64,000 nucleotides of DNA from Takakia lepidozioides (lineage: Eukaryota; Plantae; Bryophyta): positions 20,088,001 to 20,152,000 of the forward strand of contig CM060734.1 of the NCBI GenBank assembly GCA_030704615.1, given 5' to 3'. The position numbers and the translations under genes were made by a program. The stretch's first letter is position 1; every line of letters begins with the position of its first letter. The notes under the pieces were generated by a model. That model saw nothing but the letters and a program-made list of their open reading frames with translations, searched no databases and had not been told where the DNA came from. Shown here one piece after another: positions 36,300 to 50,674 of the stretch.

Positions 36300-39200
36300 T
36301 TAAAAGCGACGCATGTCCTTGGGGGGCTTAAAGTGGATGGGGTGTGATTCAGGGGTCGCAGTCTCATTCTCCTTCCAAAATTTGATTGTTTTATCCGCCT
36401 CACATGTGATAAGTCGACTTCCTGTCATGTCATACGAAAGTGCATATATCCCTGCTTCACTGTCCAGAGAACCTGCAACAGTATCCACAACCGCAAACTT
36501 CAGTGAAGGCCAAACTGTCCTCTCTTTCTCCCATTCTTGACTCCATCTCAAAAGAATGCAGACCTTCACTCCACAAGGGCACAGCAAGCAGCCCGGGAGT
36601 GGACCTCACTTCTCTCTCAGGAGGAGACCTACTATGAAATCTTAAGCTTAGAAACCCCAGCATTCAGTTGAGAAAAAATCAAATCAGCTCATTGCAAGGC
36701 AAAAAGAAAAGACAGAGAAAGATGATGCCATCCAAGGAAAAGCATCGTGGAAAAACTCCACGCAGTTCCAAAACTCTCATGCCCAAATTTCTACAACCCA
36801 ATAATTGGCAACTTCTTTCTGTTTATAGAGATACAGAACAAAAGTGGAAAGAGGAAATTGAAAAGCAACAAGGCCCTACCAGGCTGTACAATAGTCTGAG
36901 CTTGCTGGAAATTGTGACCACTCTTGTAGTCCCAGAACCAGAGGCTCCCATTATCTCCTGCAAAGCACGAGCAGATTGTAAAGCTGTTAGAAAACTCATG
37001 CCTTGGCAAGTACAGAGAATGTACTCATAAGAGGTTGTTTGCCGTAGCCTTGTGGCCATTGACCCCGCGCCCAGTTTGAGCAGAACACAAAGGGACAGAA
37101 ACTACCTTTGTCAGGGGCTGAGGCCGGTAGTATGACTTACCTTGGAACAGACGATTGTCCGAGTTTTCCAGATATCCTCTAGAAATCCCTTCACACAAGC
37201 ATCAATCTGCTGTGTGATTTGCCCAATAACTACGCCCCAAAAGGGCCTGGGCTTTTGGCTTAGCCTCGAGATTTTCTAAGTTGGTAAACAGAGGTACAGG
37301 ACCAAATCCCTTGATGGATTTGAGGAGGACGTCTCTGTGGTGAGAGTACCCAGGACAATGAATCAGAAAGTACAGAGAGGTAGCTAAGGGCAGAAATCAA
37401 CAAGACTTGTCAATTTCAGATTACAATACAACACCTGACAAAGAAGCCAAGATGGACAAATGCAAACGCAGACAAAATAGGAAGTGAGCAGACCTGCAGA
37501 GACCATGACGTTGTCCTCGTTGATGGCCATGCAGTTTACGATTGTGCGTTGTTGTGATCTGCAGCACAACATCCACAACATCCAGCATGAATTTGATTAT
37601 GAGGTACTAATTCATGCATTGCTTGTGGTGTTGATGGCTTCAACAATCATGTGGTGCTGATGAGACAAGCCCAAATCCAGTGATCTTTGTTCTCCACCAT
37701 GTACTAGCAGGATAATGTAATCACACAATCAAATCAGGAAATGCTACCCCGACTTCCACAACCAGAGTCAACTTCACTCGTGAGATTTTTGTTCTCACAT
37801 ACAGCAGCAATTGCTTAGTACCTAGACACTATAGAATGCAAAGAGCGTATATGACCTACCTCAATCAATAGTACAAAGGAGAAACATTATATCTATGTAA
37901 GAGCAGAGTAGAACGTTACGCTAACATTTGAACGATAACCAATTAAATAGGGTCTACACCATTGTTGCAAACATTAACATGGAAGGCACATGACTTGGCC
38001 TGCAAATGGAAGAAAGCTGCTGAAAGACTTACAGCATGTTATGCAGAAAGTCACCACGGGGCAGACGGAACTTCTTAATATTGTCTGCTGAGGCTGATGT
38101 GAAAGTGTGCCTAGGAGCGAAGCAACAGACACAGAAGAAATGAGGCTATCAACATTCAACACAAGCCCACCAAAAGATTTCCATAGATCATCTCCAACTT
38201 GGGCCAATAATTGTGCAATGCTAGGCATCACTACTTTCAAAGCAACCGACAGTTAAGGAGAACAGATCCACCAAGGTGGAAGGGAGAGTCAAACATACTC
38301 AAATGGATGCATTGCCAGCGCTCGGACCGATTTCTTATGGAAAGTCAGAGTGGACATGGACTTTCCTGTTTACATCCCATTCATCGCAGAAAATGACCCA
38401 GGTCATACATTTTGACTTAAAGGTGATGTGGTGAATAGATAGGCAGTATAAAGTAAAGGCTGGGAGACTGAGGTCAAATTTCTAAAGAACCTCTCTGAAA
38501 CTCACAATGAACAATCCCCCTCAGTACTGTGTACTTAAATACTAATCCTAGCTAATTTGGATGTGTGGGTTCAGAACTGTTATACATGCGTCCACCTTCC
38601 CATCGGAAGGCAGTAGCCCTTCGGGGTCAAGTGACACCATAAGTTACGCTTGTTCGGTAAAGTCCATATTTCAAATGGCGATACCTGCAGCAAGGTCCCA
38701 AAGCTTGATGGTGGTGTCATGTGATCCCGTCACAACTTGTGGATCCTGAGAAAATCACAAACAATCTCACGGTCGTGATGTTCAGTTCTCAGTCACTAGC
38801 TAAACATGGCGGTCATTCTATCAGGACTCAGATTCAAAATCACAAACTGGCTCTCAAAGGAAATATGACAGAATGTGTACACAATCTCCCATCACATTTC
38901 AATAAATTCAGCAAGCGGATATTGACCTAGTACTGGGTTAATGAGAAAATGCAACAGCTGCTTGTATCTGAGTGACACCCTTACAAAAATGCACAATGAC
39001 ATGAGGCATATATTCCTCAAACTACTCACTGGTTGAACTGGCTCAACTTGCACACATGATAGAATGCTGTAAATAGTGTCTAGAAGAAGAGCAAGGGACA
39101 GTACAGTGGCCTGTGTGATGACTGAGCAAACAGTGTTCTCGTGGCCTGACAAAGCGAAAACCTGGGCCTTGGTCCGCATATCCCACACCTGCCAAACACA

Positions 39201-42200
39201 TGCAAATTACTTTTGAGCATGTAACTCCCAGCTCCCATAAGAAAATTGAAGAGAGCATAGAAGTCCCCAATTAGACATAGTGGAAAATCCAAAGACATTG
39301 CCACCCTCAGACCATGCTTTCCATCGCCTACCCAACTAAAGTCTTGTATACATGTTGGATGGGTAGCAGAGGAGAATGGTAGGAAGGGGAGGAGGACAAA
39401 TGCATGATGTAAAGAGTAATAGCAAAGTACCCGGCAGACAGAGTCCCGGCCTCCAGTCATGAGAATATCAAGAGTAGGATGAAGCGAAAGGCAATATACT
39501 CCACTAAGATGCCCATGGTATGATCGTATCACCTGCTCCCATTCATCAGCCCACACAATTAGCCCCTTCAGTCTTTTCAAAGTATTTGTTTCTTGTCCAG
39601 TTTTGATTGACACTTTCTTCTGAAATATTCCAACTTACATGCCAAACAGAAAGGCTTTATTTGCATTCCAAATCATAGTAGTTTCACATGATCACGGTCA
39701 AGGTCTAAAGAGCGTTTAAACAACGCTCATTGATGAGCCTAAATAGAAGGGAGAAAGGGTGCACTCACCTTGTTGTATTCCAAGTCCCAACATTTGACCT
39801 GCTTATCATCGCCCGCAGAGAACATATAAGGATGCCTTGGACTTACTGCCAACCCTGTTTTTGACGTCGCCACCATTACTATATAGTACTCAAGATGACC
39901 CCCAACAATGGAGCTCCTTGTCAAAGACATCTGCAGTCTCTATAGACTACACACTCAATTTCACCATGATACAAAAATTGTAAGTGAACTTGTAATTATC
40001 AATCAAACACACCTCGAACTTGTTCAATGTGTCCTGTAAGTGTTAATTTCAGTTTGCCAGTGCTGGTCTCCCAAATCTGCGCACAGATTCCAATCACGAC
40101 CCTCAATTCAGAAAAGGACTCTAAATTACTTGTCTGAAAGATGCTCCACAACAATTGACAAAGAGAGGTGAGCCCACAATGCCATAGCAGCTGTCAAATA
40201 TCGTTTATCAACTTACACAGGAGCCCATTAGCATGCTGTGAAGGGAATGCCATACCTATCAAATACAGCTAAGCCACCCCTTCATAGTATTTGGAGCCCA
40301 TACTCCTCCCCCATGCCAAAGGTTGAAGGAGATAAAGGCATCTTACTTTGATAGTACGGTCAGCTGAACCCGTGCAAAACCACTCATTGCCTGGGTCAAA
40401 TGCAATTGATCGCACCCAACCCAAATGCCCACTTATGACCTGCAAACACCTTGTCGAAGTCACACTTAGTGGACATTAGACACACTTTCCAATGGCAGAG
40501 GAAGCGATTGCTGTGTAGACTCCATCCTGGGGCATTCTCAAATTGTAATGTCAGGAAACAAATCCTCGAGGCCGTCGCATAAATTGAAAAAGAAACATCT
40601 TTGCTGAGAAGAGTGCTACCCGGTAGTTTGTCCATGGTGGATGCCAAACAGGCTTTGGCCATTTACTGGGCAGCCGCTTCATCACAGCAGCACTTGGCTG
40701 ATAGCTGTCCCATCAACATCCCGTCATTCAGCATGCCTGCCTCTCTTTACTAAATAAAACATACGAGCCATAAGCGCAGGAAAGACAAAACAATGACAAC
40801 AGCAGAAGAAAACGTAACACCAAAGGACAGACTGTTTGACTTGAGGAAGTAAAGAAGATGAAAGTACACCATTTTCCATCATATTACATATTATTTAAAA
40901 TGGGACTGGATGCATCAGGCTTATTGTCATCACTCATACCCGAGTTACCAACTCCACAAGCAAAAGAAAGTTACCGTTCTGTCACAGCAACTGTGGGAGG
41001 CTTATAATCCACCATGCTATTAGCTGCCCCCGGTGCTGCAGCCACAGTTGCTGCTGTTGAAGGTTGGGAATGCGACAGGACAACCACCAGTTGGTTTCCA
41101 CCCACTTTTCCAGCCTCGGTGACTTCAACAGGCAAACCTGTGCATGAAACGGTTGTTTGTGAAGTATGTTCTCTCACAGGACAATATAGACACTTTGAAG
41201 CCCTGGAATTACTCTCCCGTCCATCTTTGGCTAAGGCTTTCACCTTTAGGATCAGAAGGAGATAGGAGACAGTAGAGACTTCCAATAAAGAGGAAATACA
41301 CGATAGATAGATAGCAAATGGTACCAGCAGATGACTGGTTAGGAGCCGGCAGGCCCAAAGCCTCGCCATCATTTATAGCTGATGCAGTAAGTGTAGGCTC
41401 CCTAGGAGGCAGTGCCGCTACATCCTTCACTGCAGCATACTCTGCCCTCACCTGTGCCCTCACACCATTTCATTTCAGAGTTCTCAAACATCACCCACTA
41501 GACCAGGCTCATCATTGTTTCATAATTAAAGAAGCCAATACAACAATTCGGGTCAGGCTCAGTGGCAAAGAGGTGGAGGAGAGTATGAAATGCAAAAGAG
41601 GGTACAAAATGCCCCTTCTGATACAGTCTGTCCATATGCTGTGTGTGATTCATACTTCAACTGCAAAGATGAAGAACGAGACCAACCCAGAGACGTATGA
41701 CATAGCTTCACCCCGGTTGTTCTGATTGAAATGAACAATTTAACAAATATAGAGTTTAGTAGGAGAGAGAGGAGAGAGTTTAGTAGGAGAGAGAGAGAGG
41801 GAGGAGGGGAGATCGCAACCTTGCAAGCAATTCGAATGTTGCGACTGCATTCAAGTGACACCATCCGCAGGCGTGATCCCCGGTCCCCCAACCACACACT
41901 AAACTGTAAGCTTCGATCATGCGTGATCTATAACAATGTACCCTAATCCATGAGGCAATGTTATGGAACTTCCAGAACCTAGACCTAATTGCATATGGAG
42001 AATCATGGTTTGACCATTGCAATGCATGCCCAACAACTCCAAAGATTTATCCGCAGGCCTCTAAACTTGGTTTAATCACTGGTGCAGGCAATCCCCTACC
42101 TGGCGGGATGGCAGACAAAGCGGTCAGCATGGCTAGCAGAAAACAGATCGTAGGCTCGCTTCAAGGATTTCAGGCTCAGTTTCTTCAGCGACTGGGGCTC

Positions 42201-42233
42201 GATCAAGTCGGTGCCCCCTGCTGCAGCTGGCAT
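36300..42233 (-). CDS. PRL1: Pleiotropic regulatory locus 1 (PRL1/PLRG1) WD40 spliceosome NTC/MAC subunit, ~16 exons
   Basis: Motifs [76 protein letters not shown] and C-terminal [13 protein letters not shown]. The traced exons join in frame. Confidence 0.95.
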
Positions 42234-42743
42234 GGCGCTCCTCTTGGCCTCTTCCTCTTCACACTCCCAACAACATCACTGCAGGCCTCGGCCCCACTGC
42301 CGCGCGCTCCCTCCCTCCCTCTCTTGATCCCTCCCTTCCTCCCTCCCTTCCCTCCCTCAAACTCTCAAACCCTTTCTCGCAGAAACCCCTCATTTTAGGG
42401 CTTTTGCGGATTTCCGTTTGTTATCAGAAACGTCTTTTCTTTTTGGCCTTAGTAACCGGGAAAAATCTTTGGGCTGACAAAGAATATGTAAATATGCTTT
42501 TTAGTATCTGTTTTTATCCTCGTGCCCGAGCTTGGATTAATAAGACATTTAAATTAAAACATGCATTTAAAATTTATTTTGTTTAAAACAAAAGCAGTCG
42601 TCTCTCTCGTCTCTCTCGCTGGTCGGTGTCTGCGAGTTCTGGGAGTCTTGTGCGTCTCGAGCTTTGATTTGTGTGTGCAGACGCTAATTGATTTTGCTTA
42701 GTCTTGTGGGTCTGCTTCGATTTGTGGTGTGCGTCGCGCCAGA

Positions 42744-43582
42744 ATGTCTGAGCACCACCACCACCACCACCGTCGCGGGGAGGACGAGGGATATGGGAAT
42801 CCACCCCCAGGAGCGGGCTATGGCCAGGGATATGGAGGTGATGGCTATGGGGCGCCCCAAGGCGGATATGGAGGTGATGGCTACGGGGCGCCCTCAGGAG
42901 GATATGGAGGTGATGGATACGGTGCGCCCCAAGGCGCATATGGAGGTGATGCCCCCCAGGCAGATATGGTGGTGATGTTCAAGGCGGGTATGGAGGTGGC
43001 GGATATAGCGGCTATGGCAAGCAGCATGTTACTGTTGAGACCACTGAGGTGTACAGGGAGGAGCACAGGCTTGAGGGAGTCGAGTTTTCCCGTGAGGAGG
43101 TGACGAAGCACAAGAGGGAGGAGAGGGAGGGGATTCTCGGTGGAGTTGCTGCTGGTGCCTTTGCGTTGGTGAGTTTTACCCCGGTTTTTTTATTTCGATG
43201 ATCATTGTGGGGTTGTGTACTAGTTAGAATGAGGGAAGGACATATTATAATGATCTGATGCGATGTGGCTCTGCGAAATTGGTGATGTCGTTGGCTTCTG
43301 ACTCACGGATTGAGGTCCACCTAAAGGAGAATTGGAATTTTGAAGGGGTGAAGGTGGAATGTTATGGTTGAATTTGCTGGGGGTGTTGAATGCCTGCAGT
43401 ATGAAGGTCATGATGTAAAAGCAGATCCAGAGCATGCCCGAAGGCACAAACTGGAGGAGGAGGCAGCAGGTGCAGCGGCACTTGGAGCAGGGGGCTTTGC
43501 AGCCTATGAACACCATGAGAAGAGCCAGGCTAGGAAGGAAGAGGAGGAGATGAGTGGGGAGAAGAAGCATCATTGGTTCTGA
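42744..43582 (+). CDS. ASR: ASR (ABA/water-deficit-stress) protein with Gly/Tyr-rich N-terminal repeats; apparent frameshift at ~42955
   Basis: Starts MSEHHHHHH, followed by 36-bp [12 protein letters not shown] repeats. Exon 1 ends GVAAGAFAL (GT at ~43169). Exon 2 reads [41 protein letters not shown]...KKHHWF (ABA/WDS domain). A 1-bp shift at the C-run 42952-42957 is needed to join the halves of exon 1. Confidence 0.85.
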
Positions 43583-43920
43583 AGTGATGCACAGAAAGGA
43601 AATTACTCCGGGCTCTGTCCACCCTAAATCATCCGGAGCGCTCCATTCATCCATGTCGAAAAAGAAGGTGAGAAGGAATCCCAGCTCCACATATGTGAAG
43701 CCTGCTAGGGCCACAAGAAACTGCGAGCTCTTGCAAGTGATGAGCCCAGGAAGAACAAAAATGAAGCCTAGCCAAAACAAACTACACACCCGGCACACAA
43801 GGGATGTAAAAACCTAGGGAAGAAAACCTCACCCTGCAAGCTGGGTGGAGGACAAAACATCCCATAGGAAAACCCCCAAGTGCTACAATTGGTGCAGAAA
43901 ACTAGCACGAAATTCAAATA

Positions 43921-46630
43921 CTATTCTAAAGAAGAAGATGTCATGGTTTGAGTGCGAGTTGTCCGAGCTGTGGGTGTGAAGATCACCTGACGGTTCTCAA
44001 CATTCAAACAGGTTAGATCAAAAGTAAGAGTGCATGGAACAAGCAGTGAAACATGAATGGAGCTAGTTGCTAAGTGAGGAGTAGAGGCATGCTGGGGGAG
44101 CAAGACATAGTGTCTGCCAGGAACAATATCAGAGATAAGGTAAGGGCCATCAATTCTTCGTTTGGCCTTAGAAATCTGCTTACCAGGCTGGAGCCTGACA
44201 CAAACAGACTGGCCTACCTTGAGTGACTTAGAATACACAACTCGTCGGTTGTAATTCTTGGCCTGAGCAGCTTGGGCAAACACAATGTTAGATTTTGCAG
44301 TTTCACGCAAACTACGCCATCTAGCATCCATGGAAAGCAAAAAGACTTCCCAATTCTCAGGCTTAGTAGCAGATACCTGCAGCCAGGAGATATACAAAGG
44401 AGTTCTATATTTCCTACCATACAAAAGTTCCAAAGGTGAGATTTTGGTACTGACATGGATAGAAGTCCTATAGGCAAAAAGCAGAATAGGCACAACAATA
44501 TCCCATTCATCAATGAGTGTTCCATTCTTATCGAGCATCTGACATATAGTTTTGTTAAATCGTTCTGTCAAACCATTGCATTGGGGATTGTAGGGAGCAG
44601 TAACGGCATACTTAGTGTTGAGATTAAATAAGACAATCTCCATAAGTTGGTTGCAGAACTCTGTACCTTGATCCGTGAGGATTTCAAGAGGGCAACCATG
44701 ACGAAGTATCACCTTATCAAAGAAGAACTGCACCACCTCATCACTATCCTTAGCAACCAGAGGTCGGAACTCAACCCATTTCGTCAGGTAGTCCGTAGCA
44801 ACCACAAGATTTGCATGGCCCTTGGAGGTGGATTTAAGGGGTCCGACTAGATCTAAGCCAACCCTGGCAAATGGTTCAGTCACCGGGATTGGTTGCAAAG
44901 GTAAGGGAGCTTTGGTTTTAGGTAAGATGGTTTTAGCATGACAGGGCATACATCTTGCAATGAAAGCTGAGACATTTTTAACTAAGCCTTTTCAATGATA
45001 CTGCTCCTGTAATCTCTTGACAGTTTTAGCAGCCCCCAAATGGCCAGCATAAGTAGAAGTATGGTATAATTCGAGCAAAGCAGGGACATCAGACCTAGAA
45101 GGGACTTCCACATCAGAGGTACCTTCCAAAGCAGTGACTCTAAACAATCTTCCTTCACTTTCCCGGTGGCTGGGTAAGTGATAGTTGACTTGCCTCATGA
45201 GCAGCTTGGATATGCCACTAAGGTGGGTGCCGGTTTTGCACCTATGAAGAAGAGCATTGTATAATGGATCATCCATGCCTACATCACTCATGGCCACACA
45301 ACAGCAGATTAGTGCAGGCGAGAAGAAAGTGGCAGCCCCCGTTCTCTTCCTTTCGTAATCCTGACTTCATTTTCAGTTGGCTGCCTATGAGGAGGCAAGC
45401 AGGCTGTGAGGCGTAGCTCAGTCCCTCGGTCGGGAAACAAACCAAGGCAAGCGCAAGACAAGATGAACAGATCTAAGGTAAGGGAAAGTACCAGACCTGT
45501 CTGCAGGATACCAAACTAGAATTCATGCCAATACCAAGTGAAAGTCAACCAACATCAAACTGCAGTAGATCCCAAGTGTCAAGCAGATCTGGAGGAACAT
45601 AAGAATATTCTAGCAAATGACACAAGGCATAGGGATCCGAAATAGGCACAGCAGGTGATGTAGAGCGTGCAGCATGGGAGACCAGGTCATTTAAGGTTGT
45701 GTAAGGTTTAGGGAGTTTGGATTCGCCTCGAGTCAAAGCATATCCTTCCCACGCTTGTAGGAGATGGTGAAGTCATAACTTTGCAGAATTAGAGCCCACC
45801 GATCTAATCTGCCAGTGAATTCACGAGGAGTTAGCAAGGCTTTCAAAGGTAGATGATCTGTTTCAATGGTAAAATGACAGCCATGTAAATACTGCCTAAA
45901 ATATTTGACTCCAAAGATAATTGCAAGACCTTCCTTGTCAGTGATGGAGTAATTACGCTCATGTTTATCAAGGCGGCGGGAGGCGTAGGCGATGGCATGC
46001 TCCTGACCATCTTGAATCTGGCTCAACACTGCAGAGATAGCTAGACTACTGGCATCAGTTTGCAAGATAAATGGCAAGGTAAAATCAGGATAGGCAAGCA
46101 CAGGTTAGTGCAATTTTGAGTTTCTCAAAGGCGGATGTTTCAGCAGTACCCCATACAAAACGAGCATCCTTGGATAACAAGCGAGTGAGTGGAGCAGCTA
46201 GTTTGGCAAATTGAAAAATGAAACGACGATAGTAAGAACCCAAGCCTAAGAAGGCTTTAACACATGTTTTATCTCTAGGGGCCGGATAGTTCCACACAGC
46301 TTGGATCTTAGATGGGTCAGGACGGATGCCAGCAGCAAAAAGCAGATGGCCCAAGATATGGAGCTGTTCCATGCAAAAATCACACTTCTTTGCTTTAATT
46401 TTAAGCCCGGCTGCACGAAGTCTGCACACAACCCGCTGCAAATCCAGCAGATGAGCATCAAACATGGTAGAATAGATGTTGATGTCATCAATGTAAACTA
46501 ATGCACACTCCCAACGAAGGTTTCCTAAAACGATATCCATAAGGCGCTGAAATGTAGCAGTGGCGTTGCAAAGGCCAAAAGGCATTATTTCAAATTGGAA
46601 AAGGCCCATCCTGCAAGTAGAGGCAGTGTT
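43921..46630 (-). mobile_element. Ty3/Gypsy retrotransposon pol fragment (RT, RNase H, integrase), degenerate
   Basis: RT motifs MPFGLCNA and VYIDDINI; RNase H motifs LQTDAS and IETDHLPL; integrase GHLG...C..C, GLDLVGPL, TDQGTEF and PQCNGLTER. The RT-RH-IN order is Gypsy-type. Frameshifted, with the 5' part missing. Confidence 0.92.
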
Positions 46631-46739
46631 ATTTTCTCACTGAGAAAATAAATCTGAAGGTACTCATATGCACCGTGCCTGTTAACATGTAATTCCTATG
46701 ACCGCGGTTTGAAAACATTTAACCCCTATGACCGCGGGT

Positions 46740-47010
46740 TGTGCTCACAAGATACCAACCCCCCCCCACTGTACCATCCATTATATCGAATTCACATACT
46801 CCCGTGACTGCTACCTAACACAAGCCATACAAACCAAAAGAGAAAAATACACCACTAATTCACATCCTATGCCCTTAAGGCTGGAAACTTGCCCTTCTGA
46901 TAGTAATCACTGCTAGAGTACCTGGCGGCACAACACCCAAAACGTCCAATCCCTCCACGACCACCTCCGTCTACCCATCGGAGCTATTACAATCTGTTTC
47001 AGAAACGACC
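46740..47010 (+). mobile_element. Fragment of a LINE restriction-like endonuclease domain (same family as 54880-56570)
   Basis: CTIHYIEFTYSRDCYLTQAIQTKREKY is similar to ITIYFIEFTYCHDCYPAASILEKRQKY in ORF 55061-55906. Confidence 0.7.
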
Positions 47011-47834
47011 TTCCAGTGATCCGCTCCTTTACGACCATCATTACAAATAAGTGCTGGAAATCAACATAGGGACCCTAGAACTATTGACCTATAGTGCATG
47101 TTAGTACCTGCCTACGCGACGATAATTAAATAAAAAAGCGTGTTGTCAAAAAAAAGGAATTATTTTCCTACATGTGTCGGGAATTGACCTACTCTTATTA
47201 AAGCTTTGAGCTACCCACACACATGTGTAAATAAAAGACTTCTATATTATATATAGTGATATGTGCCAAAACTGCAGAAATTCCAAAAAGAGTGTTGGAC
47301 CTCTTCTTGAAAAAACAAAATCCGGCACCCTCCTCCTGTCGAATAGCATGGGCAAGTACGGTAGTTGGTGAACAAGTGAGTGGACCAAAATTTGGGTGAG
47401 CAGAAATTCAAAATTGAATATTATGTGAGCACAATTTAACATTTCAAACAAGCGGCTAGCTAGTCTTTTTTTTTTTCAAAGGAAAACACCTGGGAGCGAC
47501 AGCTCACAAATCAGGCCCCTTTGTAGTGGGAGGAGAAAATAACCTCTTTCATTTATGCGCCATGGAGGCGAATGAGTGGGACACCGCCCAGGGACCATAC
47601 CACAGCTAGTGGCGTATGGCTCGTCTTTGTGAATAACGAAAACTATATTCATCCATAATAAGCTGAAAAATTCATCCATTTATTCTTCATAAATTGTTCA
47701 AAAAGAGAGATGTTACCCAAGGGAGGTGTTACCTGAAGGCACTTCATCGAATAGTTTTGAACAAAGGAGAGGAGGTGTCACCTGGGGAAGGCAAAGGAGG
47801 GCTTAGCGAGTTTTGACCCGCGTTCTTAGTTTTT

Positions 47835-48415
47835 TTTAATATCCGCCGGGTCCGGATACTTGACAAATTAGAGAATAATATATCATGCGGATCCGGATAT
47901 TAGAATAATTTGCATTTCTAATATCCGCCGGTTATGCATAGTGGAAGTTCTTAAAAATCTGCCGGATATAAATAAGTCCGGATATTTAGATTTTAATATC
48001 CGGCGGTTAAAGAGTAATCCGGATACAAATAATCATGATATATATATATATATTTTAAACAGGGGGATTGTAGCCCTGATTTAACTTTATTGAGATTTAC
48101 TCACAATTTTTTTAAATGTTTATTTAATCAATTTAAATTATTAAAATTCTAATAAAATATTAATATTTTATTTTATTTTCTTGTATCCGGTTGAGATCCG
48201 GTATTTTGGCTACATATCCGGATACAATCCGGTTATTAAAACTTTTTATATCCGGCGGATAGGATCCTATCCGGATCCTCCGTTTTATGTATCCGCCGGA
48301 TATAAATAATAGCCGGATATCAAATAGTTGCCGGATCCGGATCCGGATAGATTGATATCCGGGTTGATATCCTACTATGGATATCCTGATGACTCTATAT
48401 CCGCCCAGCAGTGGT
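47835..48415. repeat. ATCCGG/CCGGAT-rich subterminal-type repeat cluster, probably the end of a non-autonomous DNA transposon
   Basis: Over 20 ATCCG(G)/CGGATA motifs in both orientations in an AT-rich background, ending in ...ATATCCGCCCAGCAGTG. Confidence 0.55.
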
Positions 48416-48784
48416 TTTGACACTGATCCATAGTCTTCTCTTTAGAGTAATATAATAATTTATTGCTCATATTAATCTATACATATGAGCATTTGTTTCT
48501 TTATTTTCTTTGGGTTGGAGTTTGGATCGGGATTAGGTCCGACGTATAGTTCTCTAGCGTAATGTAGTGTGTAGTTTGCTGGAGAACCAAGTCCGAAGCT
48601 ATTTCCAAACCTAAACCGAACATATATCCAAAGCCATCTCATTGGTGCCAAACCTATGAACTTCGTCAAACCTACATGTCTGATTAGATTTTCACGTCCA
48701 ACCTTAAAAACAGCTGGCCGCTCACCTGCTCACCGACTCGCTTATTCACCACCACTATCCCTATAGTTATCCACACATATATTT

Positions 48785-48862
48785 ACTTATTGGGCCCACC
48801 CTTGAAAGGGGCAGTAAGGCTAAGTGGCTCTTAGTTATCTCCGTTGGCATCTTCTCTCTCTT
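48785..48862 (+). mobile_element. 3' UTR/terminus of the RLE-type LINE family
   Basis: GGGCCCACCCTTGAAAGGGGCAGTA...AAGTGGCTCTTAGTTA...CTTCTCTCTC matches the reverse complement of 54880-54965. Confidence 0.7.
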
Positions 48863-50674
48863 TACAATGGGCAAGTGCTTTGTCTTTGACTTCGGTACGT
48901 TTTGATGTTTCAGACTTGATTGTGGTGTTTTGGTCTGTGCAACTGGAATATGATCCATTTCAATGTTGGTATTGTATTGTCTATGACTGTCCCCATTCAA
49001 TGTTTGCAAGCTTGTATTTTGAACTCATATAGTGAATTTTTGGTGGTTGCTATTTTACTACCCCAAAAAACATCAATTTGCCCAAGTAACCACAATCAAA
49101 ATTTGAAAGATGCCAAAACCATCCTCCCATAACTTTAAAACACTAATCACATGTTGCATCAGCCAAAAAATTTACGTGCTTTCCATTCCGAGTCCATATA
49201 CATTTTTTATGTTGAACTAGTCACTTTGTTGGCTCTCTTGTAGAGAGAGCCTACTACCCAACATGTTGGAGAAAATGTGGTCAAAGTTACGAATGGTGTG
49301 TTGTGCCTAGTCATGGCCCTCACTCTCACCTTCCTCTTATGCACTAGCACAAATTTCCAGCCCCAGGACTATCCGCCGTTTAAGGGTGGGCCGGAGGGTA
49401 GACCCGCAAACGGCGGAACGTCCACGGGCAGGAACTGTCCGCTGCGTGAAAATTTGAGAGTGAAAATCATGGTTCCACTAGGCTGTCAGGTGGTGGAACA
49501 TCTAGTCCACCCTCTGACTACCTGGCTCCATTTCCATCCTAGATGATGTCTCATCGAATGGACAAGAACGTGTTCCACAAATCAGCCTATGAAAAAATTC
49601 TGGAACCACATGTTCCATGCTCCTACTTTCTGGGATCCACTAGTGGGTAAATTCTGCTTCAAAATGCCCTAAAAAAATACAAAGGAAAATCCAGAGCAGG
49701 TTCTTACGTTTTGCCAAAGCAAGAGAGCCCATCGCCGTTTTAGGCTTGTTTACATTGCCACATCACTGATCTCGCCATCTTGGCACCACCTCACAAAAAC
49801 AGGAAACAAAAAGTAGTGGTAAGAGGTCCTAGCTGGCCAGGAGGTGAAGGGCGTGTCCCAAGTCAAGGTTGAAAATCCTGGAAAGTTCAAGGGCCAAGAT
49901 ATTTCCTATTTTAAAAGCCAGTCTTGCATTTTGTGACATGGGTCCAAGATCCTGTGCATACTTCCATAGTTATGTACGGTGGAATCCGAGTGCACCTTGA
50001 CAGAATTTCGGTCCGACAAGTCCCAAAAAAGAATGAATACAAAAATTCCTCAAGAAATTCTCTTATACCATTTTTTTCTCGGATTGAAAAACCACGCCAG
50101 TCCAGAACATGTAACGAGTCTTTGCCAAGTCTGTTTGTTTTGCTAAGCACGCTGCGTAGAAGCTCCATACGTACCCAGCTGCCAGGTTGGAAGCTAACTA
50201 GATTTAGGTGCTCTACTCAAATCTGTCGTTCTTCGTGCACAAGAGCTTTGACGATCCATAAAGCTGCTCAAATTCATACACATCTTCATTCATAACCTTC
50301 CGGATGCGAAAGGGTCCCGCATATGGAGATACGAACTTCGGACTAACTTCCGAAGGTAGTCGGAAAATTCTTGATGTTCAACCAGACCTCCGTGCCTGCC
50401 TCAAACTTTACTTCCCTCCGCTTCCGATTCGCCTGCCGTTCATACCGTTTCCTAGCTTTGGCTATGTTATACTTTGCGAGCTTCAACAAACGCTCGCGTT
50501 CTTCCTTGCTGCCGGTTCCTCAACGTCCTGGGCGGCCCAACTTGTCAGCACCAGAGGTGCCGCGCATGCAAGTAGCTACTCCCGACTGTGATCAGGTATG
50601 AAAGGTGGATCATCATGCTATTAGCTGTTTGTGGTGGAGTTGATTCTGACTGCTAGCATCTCGCTAGTGTGTCA

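Noticed and set aside
40700-40745. Apparent stop in a PRL1 exon when the upstream GCAG acceptor is used
   Set aside because: The downstream acceptor GGACAG/CTATCAG gives the in-frame [17 protein letters not shown], so PRL1 is treated as intact.
43220-43798. 192-aa minus-strand ORF and similar antisense ORFs over genes
   Set aside because: These are shadow frames of ASR exon 2 and other real exons, with no recognisable domain.
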